Below, one piece after another: positions 28,120 through 36,711 of a DNA stretch of 64,000 bases. A program made the position numbers and the translations under genes. The notes below the pieces were generated by a model. The model was not told the origin of the DNA and did not search any database. It was given only the letters and a program-made list of their open reading frames with translations. The DNA comes from a virus. Position 1 is the first letter of the stretch; each line of letters starts with the position of its first letter. The stretch is taken from positions 1 to 64,000 of IMG/VR virus record IMGVR_UViG_3300014613_000020. One strand, written 5' to 3'.

Positions 28120-28656
28120 ATGGAGAATTACTATATGGATAGTGAAGTAGAATACAAACCATTATGGTTGCAATCACGAAAGATGTTTTTTAGTGACCCA
28201 AGAATCCAAGAAACAAGACGAACAAAGAGACTGTGGAGCTACATAAAACTTCCTGAGCGACTGTTTGAGTCTAAATGCAATGGTTTATTAAAGATAATTG
28301 GTCCTGCCATGCTCGTGTACATGGACATACTTGCTCATGTTACAAGAGGGAACAAAAGCACATGGGGAGAGATTGGGCCACTATACCAAAAGGGCCTTCT
28401 TGTGACATTCAGAACACAAAGAAATATTGCTGATGATTTGGGAATACATCACACGCATGTGAATGGTTTGGTTAAAATCTTAAAGGAGTACAATTTTCTA
28501 ACAACTGATATTCGGCATTGGACAGGAACGAACGGTTCTCAACAGCATGGAACATTTTACTGTGTTGGATTTTGGGAATGGGATGACTCAGGAAAGATTA
28601 GGATAGAATATCCTTACAGCTACATCGCAGTACAGGATTGGGTCGATAGCCACTAA
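28120..28656 (+). CDS. HTH DNA-binding / replication-initiator-like protein
   Basis: TQRNIADDLGIHHTHVNGLVKILKEYNFL winged-HTH pattern. Confidence 0.6.
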   Translation: MENYYMDSEVEYKPLWLQSRKMFFSDPRIQETRRTKRLWSYIKLPERLFESKCNGLLKIIGPAMLVYMDILAHVTRGNKSTWGEIGPLYQKGLLVTFRTQRNIADDLGIHHTHVNGLVKILKEYNFLTTDIRHWTGTNGSQQHGTFYCVGFWEWDDSGKIRIEYPYSYIAVQDWVDSH

Positions 28657-28907
28657 ATTTATGTTAAATTACCCCCCAGAGTAAATTACTCCCACAGCTA
28701 ACTTATAAGTTAGTCGTGGGGCTAACACTATTAAGAGTACAACAGTAAGAAGACACTACTCTTTAGAGAGAACAACTACTAATAAAAGAACATTTACATT
28801 TATGTGTGCTACGCACAAAATTCTGATAGAAAGGGGGGATGAAGTATAATTTGTGTATTTATCCTTACTTGACAGATAATATCAAAACTACTCAGAAAGG
28901 AACTCAA

Positions 28908-29150
28908 ATGTCAGACTCATACAGACACACGCCTGTGATTGGATTTTGTGGCAGCTGTTCTGAGAAATTCTACAAGGCACTCCGTAATGGACGGGAGCGT
29001 GTTCGTGTCAGGGGATTAATGGCAGTAGGCGAGTATGACATGCTAAAATTTGAGTTAGTTCCGTGGGACGAGTGGCAGACCATGCGTGATGGAAAGGTGT
29101 GGTTGGGTGTCGATGTGTGGTCAGAGAGTCCTATGTTGATGAGAAAGTGA
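28908..29150 (+). CDS. hypothetical protein
   Basis: ATG after AAGGA; MSDSYRHTP start. Confidence 0.5.
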   Translation: MSDSYRHTPVIGFCGSCSEKFYKALRNGRERVRVRGLMAVGEYDMLKFELVPWDEWQTMRDGKVWLGVDVWSESPMLMRK

Positions 29151-29152
29151 CA

Positions 29153-29207
29153 TTTACGTAAAATTTACGTTTGGGGTATTGACATTTGGTGGGTGGTGGT
29201 GTATACT
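29153..29207 (+). promoter_or_regulatory. sigma70 promoter with TTTACG tandem box
   Basis: TTGACA(29179)-17-TATACT. Confidence 0.75.
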
Positions 29208-29279
29208 GGTTGACAGTTGACTTTTGCACAAAAGACAAAAAAGACTGGCTAAAAACAATTATTTAATTCGAGGGTGCAT

Positions 29280-29513
29280 ATGCTAACAGTGTTTTCTAAA
29301 AGTGGTTGACATGGCTGTCATGAACTCGTTGGGTTCTTGGATGGCCTTGGTGAGCAGTACAAAGTTGTAGATGTGGATGCGCAACCACACGTGATAGAGT
29401 TTTTGCGCAAGAGGCTGAATGGGCAGTTTTTTGTTCCTGTGCTGCACGACAGTGTGTCCGGGCAGATACTAGCAGGATGGTCTAAGGAAGGTGTGGAGAA
29501 GTTCTTGGGATGA
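29280..29513 (+). CDS. glutaredoxin/NrdH-like selenoprotein (UxxC), 77 aa
   Basis: MLTVFSKSG-TGA-HGCHEL...YKVVDVD...VPVL...AGWS; in-frame TGA 29307-09 at the first CxxC cysteine. Confidence 0.8.
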
Positions 29514-29821
29514 TGTATTTTGATGAGCTTGGGTTCTACCACTATCACGATTATCAATCCAATGCTAGATGTTGGTGTGGATGGAGCATGGAAGGATATG
29601 AGAAAGTGAAGAAGATAGTATTTGATGTGATTTGTGGGTTGCCTATTAGCGGTCCATATTGGCATGGGCTAGAATACTTTGGACCTGATGAATGTGAGTG
29701 GATAGGTACGGTCGAAGCATATGGTATTGAAGATGCGTATGGCTTTGTTTGCCCTGCATGTGGGCAGACATTAAATGACGACATTCACTTCTGGAGTAGA
29801 AGGGAAGAATTGTGGTGGTAA
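29510..29821 (+). CDS. hypothetical zinc-binding protein
   Basis: ATGA overlap; CPACG. Confidence 0.5.
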   Translation: MMYFDELGFYHYHDYQSNARCWCGWSMEGYEKVKKIVFDVICGLPISGPYWHGLEYFGPDECEWIGTVEAYGIEDAYGFVCPACGQTLNDDIHFWSRREELWW

Positions 29822-30027
29822 GTCGAATGTTAATGAAGTTTGTTGTCACAATTCAGCAGGATATAAACGTAGAAGCGGAGACTGAGGAGGCCGCTAGGTA
29901 TTTTGCAATGAGGAACATCCCTCATACACATGTGGGTGGAGCAGGTAGGCATGGAAGCTACTCACTTCAAACCTTGAATAAGGCGAAGGTTATAAGCATA
30001 GAAGAGTATGAGGAGGAGACTGTTTGA
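29812..30027 (+). CDS. hypothetical protein
   Basis: ORF track; start uncertain. Confidence 0.45.
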   Translation: MVVSRMLMKFVVTIQQDINVEAETEEAARYFAMRNIPHTHVGGAGRHGSYSLQTLNKAKVISIEEYEEETV

Positions 30028-30127
30028 TGCCTGGAAAGATGCTGTGGTGTGACAAGTGCAAGAAGTTCATTGTCCACATTTTTGATGGCAAGCTATGGAT
30101 ATGCCAGAGATGCGGGGGTGGAAAGAG

Positions 30128-31027
30128 ATGATACGAAGCTATCCGAAGATATACAATCTAGGTCACGCCGCCATAAAAGAGCTGTTCCTTGACGACGTGA
30201 TAGTAGAAGAGAAAATCGACGGGTCGCAAATTTCTTTCAGCCGGACCACAGAAGGTGAGTTGATGTGCCGCAGTAAGGGGAAGGACCAAAGTCCGGGCCA
30301 ACAGGACAAGATGTTTAACAAGGCCATAGAGACAATTCAGAGCATTCAGCATCTGCTAACTCCTGGGTGGACTTATCGTGGTGAGTACTTGCAAAACCCA
30401 AAGCACAACACCATCGCGTATGATAGGGTACCTGATAGACACATCATCATCTTTGACGTGGACGTGGGCATGGAAAGCTACATGTCTTATGAGATGAAGA
30501 GAGATGAGTCTCAGAGATTAGGATTGGAATGTGTTCCTGTACTGGCAGAGGGAATGTTCACAGACTATAATACATTTATGGAGTTGTTGGATACACCAAG
30601 TTGCCTTGGCGGGTCAACCATCGAAGGAGTTGTAATCAAGAACTATTCTCGGTGGGGGAGAGATAAAAAGGCGTTGATGGGAAAATATGTCTCTGAGAAG
30701 TTCAAGGAATCAAATAAATCGAATTGGACACCTAAGACCGGCAAGAGCATAATTCAAATCATCGGTGAGAGCCTACGGACAGAAGCGCGATGGAATAAGG
30801 CTATTCAGCATTTACGGGACAGTGGGGAACTTGTCAATGAACCAAAGGATATTGGCGGATTGATAAGAGAATTGCAGAGAGACGTGAAGGAAGAGTGTGA
30901 AGATGAGATAAAAGCAGCACTTTTTCAATGGGCGTGGAAGGATATATCTCGAATCGTTACATTTGGATTTCCGGAGCAATACAAACGACTACTCGCAGAG
31001 AGCCAATTTGAAAGAGAGAAATTATGA
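30128..31027 (+). CDS. RNA ligase (Rnl2-like nucleotidyltransferase)
   Basis: YPKI, EKIDGS (KxDG), FDV, EGVVIK, KY motifs. Confidence 0.8.
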   Translation: MIRSYPKIYNLGHAAIKELFLDDVIVEEKIDGSQISFSRTTEGELMCRSKGKDQSPGQQDKMFNKAIETIQSIQHLLTPGWTYRGEYLQNPKHNTIAYDRVPDRHIIIFDVDVGMESYMSYEMKRDESQRLGLECVPVLAEGMFTDYNTFMELLDTPSCLGGSTIEGVVIKNYSRWGRDKKALMGKYVSEKFKESNKSNWTPKTGKSIIQIIGESLRTEARWNKAIQHLRDSGELVNEPKDIGGLIRELQRDVKEECEDEIKAALFQWAWKDISRIVTFGFPEQYKRLLAESQFEREKL

Positions 31028-31293
31028 AACTACCATTTTATCGAGAGTCCTTGTCTGAGAAGGACTGCCTGAATTGTTTGGTCTACCACAGATTGCGCAA
31101 TAGGGCGTGCAGCAGATATGTGGATTGTAAGGCAGATAGGACGCCCGAGGATACGACGTGGGGGCAGGAACACTTTCCACTTGATGGTGATTGGGAAGAC
31201 GCTATGCCCCGACTGGATGGTGAGACGGGGAGAAGGTGGTCCTTCACAGAGAGTGAAGTAGCTGAATGGAAACATCGAGTTTATGGCAAATGA
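31024..31293 (+). CDS. hypothetical protein
   Basis: ATGA overlap. Confidence 0.45.
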   Translation: MKLPFYRESLSEKDCLNCLVYHRLRNRACSRYVDCKADRTPEDTTWGQEHFPLDGDWEDAMPRLDGETGRRWSFTESEVAEWKHRVYGK

Positions 31294-31702
31294 GAGTGGG
31301 TGGGAGGTAGAATTCACAGTTCACGCCCCAATGCGATTGGCCAACAACGGTCGATGGAATCCTGCCTTTGGTGTGATTAGCAAGAATAGAAAAATCATAG
31401 TCAAAGGCAGGTTTGCTGTCTGGTCTAAGGAAGCTAAAGATTGGGGTAGTGACCTTCAATTTCTGTCAAGGCAGGCACTCCATGGACTTCCAGTAGGAGA
31501 TGCTGATTATAAGATTACGTTGCAGATGCGGGTTCACGACAAAAGGAGGCGTGATACTCATAACTTTTTAGAATTCATTTGTGATGCTTTACAGAGTATA
31601 CTGGAAGTGGACGATTCCAGATTTATCACTGAGACATTACCACACAAGTATGTTAAAAACATAGAGGATAGTGGCTTTAGGGTGACAATAGAAAGATTGT
31701 AA
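31283..31702 (+). CDS. rusA: RusA-like Holliday junction resolvase
   Basis: RRRDTHN..EFICDALQ..LEVDDS motif. Confidence 0.7.
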   Translation: MANESGWEVEFTVHAPMRLANNGRWNPAFGVISKNRKIIVKGRFAVWSKEAKDWGSDLQFLSRQALHGLPVGDADYKITLQMRVHDKRRRDTHNFLEFICDALQSILEVDDSRFITETLPHKYVKNIEDSGFRVTIERL

Positions 31703-31703
31703 T

Positions 31704-31732
31704 TTGACAAAAACTAAGTTTTGTGCTATAAT
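31704..31732 (+). promoter_or_regulatory. sigma70 promoter
   Basis: TTGACA-17-TATAAT. Confidence 0.8.
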
Positions 31733-31874
31733 TAAGAGTGACTAGGATTTATCCGTTCTATTAAGGACTATAATTAAGTCATTTAGCCTTTTCTAGCTTT
31801 CAGAATGGATTGTCCTAGTCTACAAAACGTCCTGAGTTGGAAAAGGCTATTTGTATTTAGGACAATAATAGAAA

Positions 31875-32297
31875 ATGCCAAAAATTAAGGTTGCATGTTA
31901 TTGGTGTGGCACTGAAATAGAAAGATGGCCCTGCCAAATTAAAAGGGTTGATCATTGTTTTTGTAGTCATGAATGTACTAATAAATGGAAATCAATTAGT
32001 TTGAAAGGGGCAAATAGTCATTTTTGGAGAGGTGGAAAACAAATTTTTATATGTGATTGGTGTGGAAATGAATTCTTCCTATTCCCAAGCCGTATTAAGC
32101 AATTTAAACTTCATTTTTGTAGTAAAGAATGTAATCAAGAATGGCTGAGTGGCAAAAATAATCGTTTCAATTCCTTAGTCGGAATTCTGTCGGTTGGAAC
32201 GTCTCTTTACGCGGAATTTACGTCCAATCTTCCAAAAACCCTTTACTTTTGCACAAAAGCAGTGTATAATTGTAGGTGTAAGGTTGATTGGACTTAG
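31875..32297 (+). pseudogene. zinc-finger repeat N-terminus of HNH-type endonuclease, nuclease domain absent
   Basis: two C..CG..F...FCS..C repeats, then reading runs through promoter sequence. Confidence 0.55.
32206..32270 (+). promoter_or_regulatory. promoter with TTTACG box and operator in spacer
   Basis: TTTACT(32242)-17-TATAAT; TTTTGCACAAAA at 32247. Confidence 0.7.
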
Positions 32298-32315
32298 ACA
32301 CAAGGAGATTACACG

Positions 32316-32747
32316 GTGGGAAACGCAAGAATGGATCAGAAACGGTTACAAGGGCGAGTAGACAAAGCCCGTTATGCTGTTAAGGCGGGTGCAGTCAATC
32401 CGATCAATGGCAAAGATCGGGCTTATCGTGTAATCTCAGTTTCCAAGCCGGGAACTTACCATGACACATTTCTCAAGTGGGTAAAGGTTGCTGATGAACT
32501 GATGTTGACTGGTTCATGCGCATGGGTGGAACCTGTGACAGGGTCACAGCCACATTGCCCAGGCAACAAATGGACAGCCTGCTGGCATGTCATCGCGGCA
32601 ATCATCAAATGCTGTGACGACAAAGGGAAGAAGGTTGCCTTCTTTGCCGATTATCATTTAGCTTTACGGTACAGTCGGCTAGGCGGCAGAGTATTTGCAA
32701 TTGGCGGCAAGGATGTCTGGTTTGTGACATCCAAGAATAGGAGTTGA
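32316..32747 (+). CDS. SWIM-like zinc finger protein
   Basis: C...C......CWH motif; AAGGAG RBS. Confidence 0.55.
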   Translation: MGNARMDQKRLQGRVDKARYAVKAGAVNPINGKDRAYRVISVSKPGTYHDTFLKWVKVADELMLTGSCAWVEPVTGSQPHCPGNKWTACWHVIAAIIKCCDDKGKKVAFFADYHLALRYSRLGGRVFAIGGKDVWFVTSKNRS

Positions 32748-32945
32748 CTAGTTCTAAAACTCTTGGCCTGGGGCGGTGTGGACATCGCGGGCGCCTGTGC
32801 GTCGCCTGTCGAGGAGACGGGGTCACTCACCGGAAGCGGGGGCTGTCTGCCTACCCCCCAAAGGCCATGCGGCAGAATAATCTGGCAGCTTTTAGTGGGG
32901 ACGAAGTAGGTTCGAATCCTACCTGACCAAGAGTTTTAGGACTAG
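32748..32945 (+). ncRNA. ~200-nt structured RNA with tRNA-like elbow
   Basis: ~20-bp closing stem, GCGGTG-TGGA-CATCGC hairpin, T-arm GTAGG-TTCGAAT-CCTAC. Confidence 0.65.
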
Positions 32946-32973
32946 CTAACTTCTATTGTAGAGGGAAGGGTTG

Positions 32974-33456
32974 ATGGCTATTGAGCGATTTTCAAGTGCA
33001 GATTTTGAGGACGCTCTACCCAGGGACAAGGAAGGTAAAAATCTTTGGGAGCGGCGGGAGACGGTAGGACATGAATACATCTATGCTGTGCCCATTATCA
33101 ATGGCATAGTGAAATCGGGGGAGTTAGAAATCCGCATTCATTCATCTGTGAGTGAGTGGACCGGATATGCCGATAGTCTGGGGGAGAATAGTATTCGTCT
33201 ATATCTCTATTCTCCCAAATACAACAAGTCCCTGGGCAAGACAGAATCCCGTTGGGTCACCCGTGTGTCCGGATGGGACAAGCGGATGATCAAGCAGTTG
33301 AGAGAGTTGTATGTTTGGGGATTAAAAAGTTCTCGTTGTCGGAAATGTGGTGAACTGCAAGGTGCATTCACTGCCAAGACAGTCAAGAACAAAGGTCGTC
33401 AGTTTCGTACTTGTTTGAATGATGATTGTAAAGAATGGGGGGGATGGGTAAAATGA
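32974..33456 (+). CDS. hypothetical protein with C-terminal zf-GRF-like domain
   Basis: CRKCG...NKGRQFRTC....C..GW. Confidence 0.6.
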   Translation: MAIERFSSADFEDALPRDKEGKNLWERRETVGHEYIYAVPIINGIVKSGELEIRIHSSVSEWTGYADSLGENSIRLYLYSPKYNKSLGKTESRWVTRVSGWDKRMIKQLRELYVWGLKSSRCRKCGELQGAFTAKTVKNKGRQFRTCLNDDCKEWGGWVK

Positions 33457-33659
33457 GTCGTATACTGGATTTTCATTTTCAAGGGATCCATGGTATTGAC
33501 ACAGAACAGATTAAGCAATTGGTTATTGCTTTGGAAAGATCAAATGCTTGGATTGGCAAGTTTATAGCAGATAATCGGGCTCCAGAGTATTTGACGGCGA
33601 GGGCGAGGGAACAATTGGAATCGAATTTGAACCTACTATCAGATTTGAAAGGAGTGTAA
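33453..33659 (+). CDS. hypothetical protein
   Basis: ORF overlapping previous stop. Confidence 0.4.
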   Translation: MSRILDFHFQGIHGIDTEQIKQLVIALERSNAWIGKFIADNRAPEYLTARAREQLESNLNLLSDLKGV

Positions 33660-33826
33660 GTGAATGAGAGCAGAAGATAGAATGCTAGAAGCCATGATGT
33701 CTGAGAATCCATCGGGCAGGTTCAATTCCTGCCCATCCTGTTCGTGGGTGGATAGTACAGCGGCTAGTACTCCTGACTGTAACTCAGGCAACGATAGTTC
33801 GAGTCTATCTCCACCCATTGATGATA

Positions 33827-33881
33827 TTTACGCGGAATTTACGTCGTTACTCTTTACTTTTGTGCAAAAGCAGTGTATAAT
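33827..33881 (+). promoter_or_regulatory. promoter with TTTACG box and operator in spacer
   Basis: TTTACT(33853)-17-TATAAT; TTTTGTGCAAAA at 33858. Confidence 0.7.
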
Positions 33882-33925
33882 TCAGTTGTAAGATTTGATT
33901 GGGCTTAGACACAAAAGAGGGAAAG

Positions 33926-34162
33926 ATGACAGTCACGATTTGCGTAGAGTGTGGGGAACCGATAACGAAAGCAGATGAGTTGAAGGCCAACTTCCGAGAG
34001 GTGCTGGTAGGCGACCCAATAAGAAAGATCAAGGTTGTCTATGCCCACAAGCACTGCCCTTGCGAAATCATAGAGCCACGAATGCCAGTAGTCCTAACGC
34101 CAGAAGCCCCACCCACGAAAGAAGAGATACAAGAGCGGATGCGTGGATGGTTCGCTCGATAG
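33926..34162 (+). CDS. hypothetical zinc-binding protein
   Basis: CVECG...HKHC; GAGGG RBS. Confidence 0.5.
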   Translation: MTVTICVECGEPITKADELKANFREVLVGDPIRKIKVVYAHKHCPCEIIEPRMPVVLTPEAPPTKEEIQERMRGWFAR

Positions 34163-34176
34163 GCAAGGGAGAAAGA

Positions 34177-36189
34177 ATGTCATTCTCATTAAACTCTCAG
34201 CAATTGGTTGCAGTAACAGCTCCACTTGACAAAGCTGCAAGAATTTTGAGTGGCCCCGGTGCAGGAAAGACGACGGTTATTACCAACAGGATTAAATTTC
34301 TGCTGGATAATGGTGTTGACCCTAAATCAATCATAGCCGTCACCTTCTCTAAGAATATGGCGGATGACTTGTTTCAGCGGACGTTGAAAGTTGCTCCTGA
34401 AGTGGCCGGTTCCCCCCTTGAAAAGCGCATTTGTACAATTCATGCTCTCACATTCCGAATTCTTAAGGCAGAAGGTGACCGTCGTCAGGTTGCCAAGGAA
34501 TGGCAGATTAAGAAGGCCATTGAAGAGGCCGCGGAGCAGTTAGATTTTGCGGAGGGGTGGGCAGCAATCTATTACTGGATAAATGCTGCTAAGGCTGAGA
34601 TGGTTCGGTCTGGACAGGATGAACAGTGGTATCGAGAGATGTTAAGCAATCGTGGGGTGTCTGTGCAGCACGCATGGAAGATGGCGGAAATTCGACGTTT
34701 GTTTGATCGTAAAATGAAGAGGGAGAATCTTATTACGTTTCCTGATATGCTTTATTGCGTTGAAGTCCTTTTTGCTGATAATGACAAGGTTTGTGTGAAG
34801 TGGCAGAATAATATAGAATATGTTTTGGTAGATGAGGGGCAGGATACCAGTGGGCAGGCCATGCGTATACTGTCAACTTTAGCAGCACCACAAAATCGAA
34901 TGTACATCGTTGGGGATGCTGATCAGACGCTCTATAAATTTGCGGGGGCTACTCCCGAAGTTAATCTTGCTAATGGATTTGAGAGTCGTTATCCAGATGG
35001 ATTGACATTCAAATTGGAGACCAATTACCGATCCACACAGACAATAGTGTCGGCTATCAATAGCCTAATTACCAACAATTATAATGAGTCCAATGAGCAC
35101 CTCCGTAAAACTCTTGTCACCCGTCCGGATGCCCCGGTGGGTGAGCCTATTTCTTATCAGTGGTTTGAGACTGCATATGATGAAGCTGAATCCATAATAA
35201 ATAATGTGGCTGTTGAGTTGCAGAACGGTCGGGGGCCCGGTGATTATTTTATTGGTGCACGAACACGAGCGCAGTTAGCGTGGTTGGAAGGACCATTAGT
35301 TCGTGCTAAGATTCCATTTGTAAATCTAGCGGGTGGTTCATTCTGGGCTAGTAAGCATGTTGCAGATGTAGTAGCATATGCTAAGTTGGTTCTTGATAAA
35401 GACGACAAGGATGCCTTCCAGAGAGCATATAATATAGCATCCATTTGGATGGAGCAGCCTTTTGATGTTACCAAAGACAACAAGGTGATTAAACACAAGG
35501 GAGAGTATTGTTCCCATAGATGGTTGGGCCGAGCGTTTATAGATCAGTGTGGTGGATATTATAAGGGCATGTTCAAAGTTCTTAAAGCTAAGAATGGTTG
35601 GAGATTTAAGTCGGGGATAGAAGATTTGGAAGATTTGATGTATCATCTGGATGGGTTCCATGAGAAACCGGCGGATTTGATTCAGGAGATAATTAATGTG
35701 TGTTATCGTGATTACTTAATGGATCAGGAAGGTATAACTGGCGGTGATGAGGCGGAGAATGGAAAATTAGAGGATTTGTTGACGGTTGTTACTGTGGCAA
35801 GTCAGTTTAATGATTTGAGCACTTTTCTAGATAGTGTTGATGAGATGGTGAAGGCGGCTGAGGCGGCTAAAGATAAGAAGTTGGATGATTACTTAGTAAT
35901 TTCTACTGCTCATAGATTAAAGGGGCAAGAGAGAAATATCACGATAGGTATTGGAATCAGTGAGCGATTGCTCCCCCATAGGTTCTCAATGGAAATGCCC
36001 CCACAGTTTGGTATGCTGCCTACAGGGGATATGGCATCGATTTCGGATGAACGTGATGTGATGTTTGTTTTAGTATCTAGGGCGCGGGAAGAAGTGCATC
36101 TTAGCGGAGTAGCAAACTATCGAAAAGACCGGTTGATGCCCAGCCGATTCATCACTGAGTTGGGTATAGAATTAGAAATGGAAGGGTGA
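34177..36189 (+). CDS. uvrD: UvrD/PcrA-like SF1 helicase
   Basis: GPGAGKT, VDEGQD, VGDADQ, LETNYRS, STAHRLKGQE, VSRA. Confidence 0.92.
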   Translation: MSFSLNSQQLVAVTAPLDKAARILSGPGAGKTTVITNRIKFLLDNGVDPKSIIAVTFSKNMADDLFQRTLKVAPEVAGSPLEKRICTIHALTFRILKAEGDRRQVAKEWQIKKAIEEAAEQLDFAEGWAAIYYWINAAKAEMVRSGQDEQWYREMLSNRGVSVQHAWKMAEIRRLFDRKMKRENLITFPDMLYCVEVLFADNDKVCVKWQNNIEYVLVDEGQDTSGQAMRILSTLAAPQNRMYIVGDADQTLYKFAGATPEVNLANGFESRYPDGLTFKLETNYRSTQTIVSAINSLITNNYNESNEHLRKTLVTRPDAPVGEPISYQWFETAYDEAESIINNVAVELQNGRGPGDYFIGARTRAQLAWLEGPLVRAKIPFVNLAGGSFWASKHVADVVAYAKLVLDKDDKDAFQRAYNIASIWMEQPFDVTKDNKVIKHKGEYCSHRWLGRAFIDQCGGYYKGMFKVLKAKNGWRFKSGIEDLEDLMYHLDGFHEKPADLIQEIINVCYRDYLMDQEGITGGDEAENGKLEDLLTVVTVASQFNDLSTFLDSVDEMVKAAEAAKDKKLDDYLVISTAHRLKGQERNITIGIGISERLLPHRFSMEMPPQFGMLPTGDMASISDERDVMFVLVSRAREEVHLSGVANYRKDRLMPSRFITELGIELEMEG

Positions 36190-36190
36190 G

Positions 36191-36412
36191 ATGTTTCACA
36201 TAGGGGATAGAGTCAGAGTAAGGATGGTGAACTTTAGTAGTGTGTCATGTGAAGATACTTCTGAATATCTGAAGTGTCTTGGGGAAGAAGGTCGGATTTG
36301 TAGTGTGGATAGAGTGGGAGAGTTAATTTTCTATCGAGTTAAGTTCGATTGGTTTTTTGGATATGGCCTAGAGTTTGAATCGAAGGAACTGCGATTAGTA
36401 GAGGAGAAGTGA
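36191..36412 (+). CDS. small SH3-like protein
   Basis: FHIGDRVRV motif. Confidence 0.5.
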   Translation: MFHIGDRVRVRMVNFSSVSCEDTSEYLKCLGEEGRICSVDRVGELIFYRVKFDWFFGYGLEFESKELRLVEEK

Positions 36413-36711
36413 TGGAGCAAGAAGTGGGGATTGAAGTAACCTTGGAAAAGGATGCCATACGAGAGGGGCAAGTGAATTTTCTACTCACAAAGGTGTGGGG
36501 TAGTGTGGATTTTGGATATCGCAACTCGTTGGCACGGCAGGGGCTGACGATGGTTCCTGACGGCAAACTGAGAATCACTATACCTGCTGAGGCGGATTGC
36601 TTGACTTTTGAGAAGTTAGGGAGTATAATTACATCTACTTTAGAGACATTTTCAAACTCGTATCAGGTTCTGGTACGAGCACACAAGATTGAGGAAGAGG
36701 GAGATTTCTAA
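36409..36711 (+). CDS. hypothetical protein
   Basis: operon packing. Confidence 0.5.
   Translation: MMEQEVGIEVTLEKDAIREGQVNFLLTKVWGSVDFGYRNSLARQGLTMVPDGKLRITIPAEADCLTFEKLGSIITSTLETFSNSYQVLVRAHKIEEEGDF

Noticed and set aside
28657-28830. Replication origin with iterons after the HTH gene
   Set aside because: AT-rich with a short TAAATTAC repeat and palindromes, but too little to call.
32748-32945. tRNA-Sec or intron-containing tRNA
   Set aside because: No UCA anticodon loop and no recognisable group I core, despite the 6-bp D-like stem.
33664-33891. 75-aa ORF
   Set aside because: Runs through the TTTACG box, operator and promoter; probably spurious or a remnant.
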